Source: Torpedo marmorata
Lineage: Eukaryota
DNA: 64,000 bases
NCBI GenBank assembly: GCA_977017645.1
Contig: OZ360230.1
Span: 32,798,001 to 32,862,000 of the forward strand
Direction: 5' to 3'
Numbering within the stretch: the first letter of the stretch is position 1; each line of letters opens with the position of its first letter. The notes beneath the pieces were generated by a model that searched no databases, had not been told where the DNA came from, and worked only from the letters and a program-made list of their open reading frames with translations. The translations under genes and the position numbers were made by a program. This document shows, piece by piece, positions 63,001 through 64,000 of this stretch.

Positions 63001-63143
63001 GTAACATCAATGCGCACCGAGGCTTTGTATGTTGGCAGGGATGAGTTACAAATTGTAAAAATATACCTCCAATCAAATATGTGCTTGGTGTATTGTCCAA
63101 GGCTGCATGTCATCAGAAAGGTTAAACTGTTCAAAGTCATTCC

Positions 63144-63887
63144 TTTTTTTTATTTATTTTTTATTATTTTATTTAAATATTTTAAATCACTTAATACATA
63201 ATTCAAAATATATAGTTTCAAAAAATACAGTGATATAAGTTTCCTCCCCCCACACCCTCCCACCCCTCCCCAACCCCCCCAACCCCACTATTCTAAAAAT
63301 AGAAATAGATTTAAAAAAAAGGAAAAAAAAGAGATTAATAGAGATTAATAATGAGGAGAGAACCATCTGAAAATCATTTTTAATCTGGAGGTTAACCTCG
63401 CCAATAGATCTGATTTCTAAAAAATTTCAAATCCTCAAACCCATAACTCTCATATATGGGCTCCAAATTTTTAAAAAAGAATGATATTTATTACGTAAAT
63501 TATAAGTAATTTTTTCCAGAGGAATACACGAACGAAGTTCTGCATGCCATCTATCTAAATTCAAATCTAAATCTGATTTCCAAGTAATAGCAATACATTT
63601 TTTTGAAACAGCTAAAACAATACGTAAAAATTCTACCTGATACATATTCAATCTATTCCTAATACTAAATTTTCTAATATCTCCAAATAAAAATAACATA
63701 GGATCCATTGGAAACATAACATTAAAAACTCTCTCTAAAAAATTCTTAACTTTAAGCCAAAAATCTTGAATCTTTGGACATAACCATGTAGAATGAACAA
63801 AAGAACCTACTTCATTCTTACATCTAAAGCACAAATCCGACAATGCCGGATTAAATTTCTTTAGTTTTTTTGGTGTTAAGTATAATT
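63144..63887 (-). mobile_element. L1 LINE 3' end (ORF2 C-terminus, 3' UTR, poly(A))
   Basis: Unit sequence breaks at gtcattcc|tttt. ORF 63427-63843 (CFRCKNEVGSFVHSTWLC...) is closely similar to 20083-20661. The second TSD is outside the window. Confidence 0.92.
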
Positions 63888-64000
63888 TTTTTTTTTTAAA
63901 ATATTTTATTTAAAATTTTTAAATCACACAATACACAGTTTAAAACGCAAATTCCTCAAATTACATGTGATACATTTTCACCCCCCCCTCACCCCCCACC
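63886..64000 (-). mobile_element. Second L1 3' tail nested in or abutting the previous L1; runs off the window
   Basis: A new poly(T) followed by aaatattttatttaaaatttttaaatcaca...catgtgata...C-rich tract, closely matching the L1 tail at 1860-1980. Confidence 0.85.

Larger units (their letters stand above)
1..63143. repeat. Tandem array (macrosatellite-like) of a ~4.15-kb unit, 13 complete copies plus partial copies at both ends
   Basis: Exon A starts at 512, 5242, 9401, 13559, 23594, 27763, 31884, 35998, 41886, 46019, 50155, 55522, 59214 and 62908. Spacing is 4114-4169 bp without inserts, 3692-3694 bp in the two deletion units, and longer where transposons inserted. Confidence 0.98.

Noticed and set aside
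1-63143. Each 4.15-kb unit as a separate small gene, or as an autonomous RT-encoding mobile unit (retron- or DGR-like system)
   Set aside because: No start or terminal exon occurs within a unit. The RT is a truncated, frameshifted CR1 fragment lacking its N-terminal motifs. Units are head-to-tail with no TSDs and keep their introns, which fits DNA-level duplication.

Overview
Eukaryotic (vertebrate) genomic DNA, most likely from a shark or ray, judging by the CR1/HER1-type LINE 3' ends. The whole window is a tandem array of about 14 copies of a ~4.15-kb unit. The ORF track mostly shows retrotransposon debris, but each unit also holds four small, symmetric phase-1 exons on the + strand (A 93 nt, B 66 nt, C 93 nt, D 66 nt). 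Spliced, they give a 106-aa repeat that is ~66% Ser/Thr and Glu-rich, with no Cys, Asn or basic residues in the consensus. This is the interior of a very large mucin-type (PTS) domain built from ~50 in-frame cassette exons (~1300 aa in this window). No start, stop or folded domain is visible, so the gene cannot be named. The 4-exon unit is itself a diverged dimer of an older 2-exon unit. One 5'-truncated CR1 LINE inserted before amplification and is carried by all 13 units whose pre-exon-C intron is in the window. Later single-copy insertions are five L1 fragments (one carrying two nested solo LTRs) and a Rex1/Babar element. Several exon copies are dead, shortened, deleted or carry a stop codon.
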